Of a stretch of DNA of 64,000 nt, positions 63,121 to 64,000 are shown piece by piece. This DNA comes from Dipteris shenzhenensis. Lineage: Eukaryota. The position numbers and the translations under genes were made by a program. The notes beneath the pieces were generated by a model, which did no database searches, had not been told where the DNA came from, and saw only the letters and a list, made by a program, of their open reading frames with translations. Where the stretch lies: NCBI GenBank assembly GCA_047967505.1, contig CM106538.1. One strand, 5' to 3'. The stretch's first letter is position 1; each line of letters begins with the position of its first letter.

Positions 63121-64000
63121 TGTTCAATGACAATGGATCTCCACCATTGGTGAGGCTTTCTTCACCTCCACAGCCTCCTTGAAAACCAAAATCAACAACA
63201 CTTGGGAGTTCTCTTGTGACTCGTTGGTGCAGTGGGTTTTAGAAACTTATTGTGGGTGGTTTATCCTTGACCTTTGGTGTTGAGTGATGTTGTTGCTTGA
63301 TGTTGTTGAGTCCTCTATGCTTTCAGCATTTCAATAGGAGTGAAATTCGGCCTTGCAGGAGGCAAACAAGAGTGATTCGGCTCCGTCATCCTACATGGCT
63401 TTAACAACGACGCCCTACCATGTGGAGCATTGGTGAGAACACCGTGGAATCTCTTTTGCAGTGCCAGGAGAGTGCAAGGAATCGTCAAAGCCCAAGAGGT
63501 TCTTGGAGCGTGGTCTTTCAAGGAGGATACATAGTGCATCTCGATCAAAAAAGATCGTTGTTTGAATTTGCGCTGACTCAGGATTCCATTGGGCACGTAG
63601 GATTGTGGGCATAGTCGACTAGACTTTCCAACATTTGATGCTCCTCCATCATCATTGACAAGCTCATTGCAGTTTATGACTATCTAAATCTACCTTTGAA
63701 CATAGCAATCTTCAACAAATCGTGTAAAGGAATGTAAAATAAACACAATCAAACAAACCCTCGCCATTCCATGGCAAAAAGAATGTGTCTTGGCAAGAAA
63801 GACCTTCTAGCTCTAAACTCTCAAGCCCATCCTCCTCACAAAGTCAATCACCCACTCCACATTCTCATGATATCACATGCACATATTGTTATAAAAAGGG
63901 CCATTATTGTGATGGTTGTTGGAAGCATGCATTTGATAAGCAACAAGTATGAGAGCACGAGTCACACTTTGCAGAAGTGGAGAGGGAATATAGTGACAAA

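Overview
Land-plant nuclear DNA, TE-dense; the GT-AG introns, CYP71-clan P450, (CT)n tracts and element types suggest a non-seed plant such as a fern (inference). The only clearly intact host gene is a two-exon CYP71-clan cytochrome P450 at 44-1739. Most of the rest is transposon-derived: four near-complete or large Ty1/Copia elements (two of one family, at 9484-14887 and 37403-42473, the latter with an AAATG TSD), a Copia 5' fragment, a decayed Ty3/Gypsy element carrying a second aspartic-protease domain after its integrase, LINE remnants and foldback repeats. The most unusual content is a set of compact, mostly intron-containing, decaying genes at about 4.8-21 kb and 44-50.4 kb, split by a nested LTR block. 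By manual translation they resemble a divergent histone H3/CENH3-like protein, a BAH-like chromatin reader, an En/Spm TnpA(Ptta)-like protein, a Ulp1-type SUMO protease, RPA1-like OB-fold proteins and several orphans. The two halves share a near-identical 1.3-kb inverted duplication ending next to a hairpin. I interpret this as the remains of a giant DNA transposon (CACTA- or Helitron-like) with chromatin-related cargo. No transposase/helicase or termini were found, so this is a hypothesis. All protein calls come from motif recognition by eye, not database searches.
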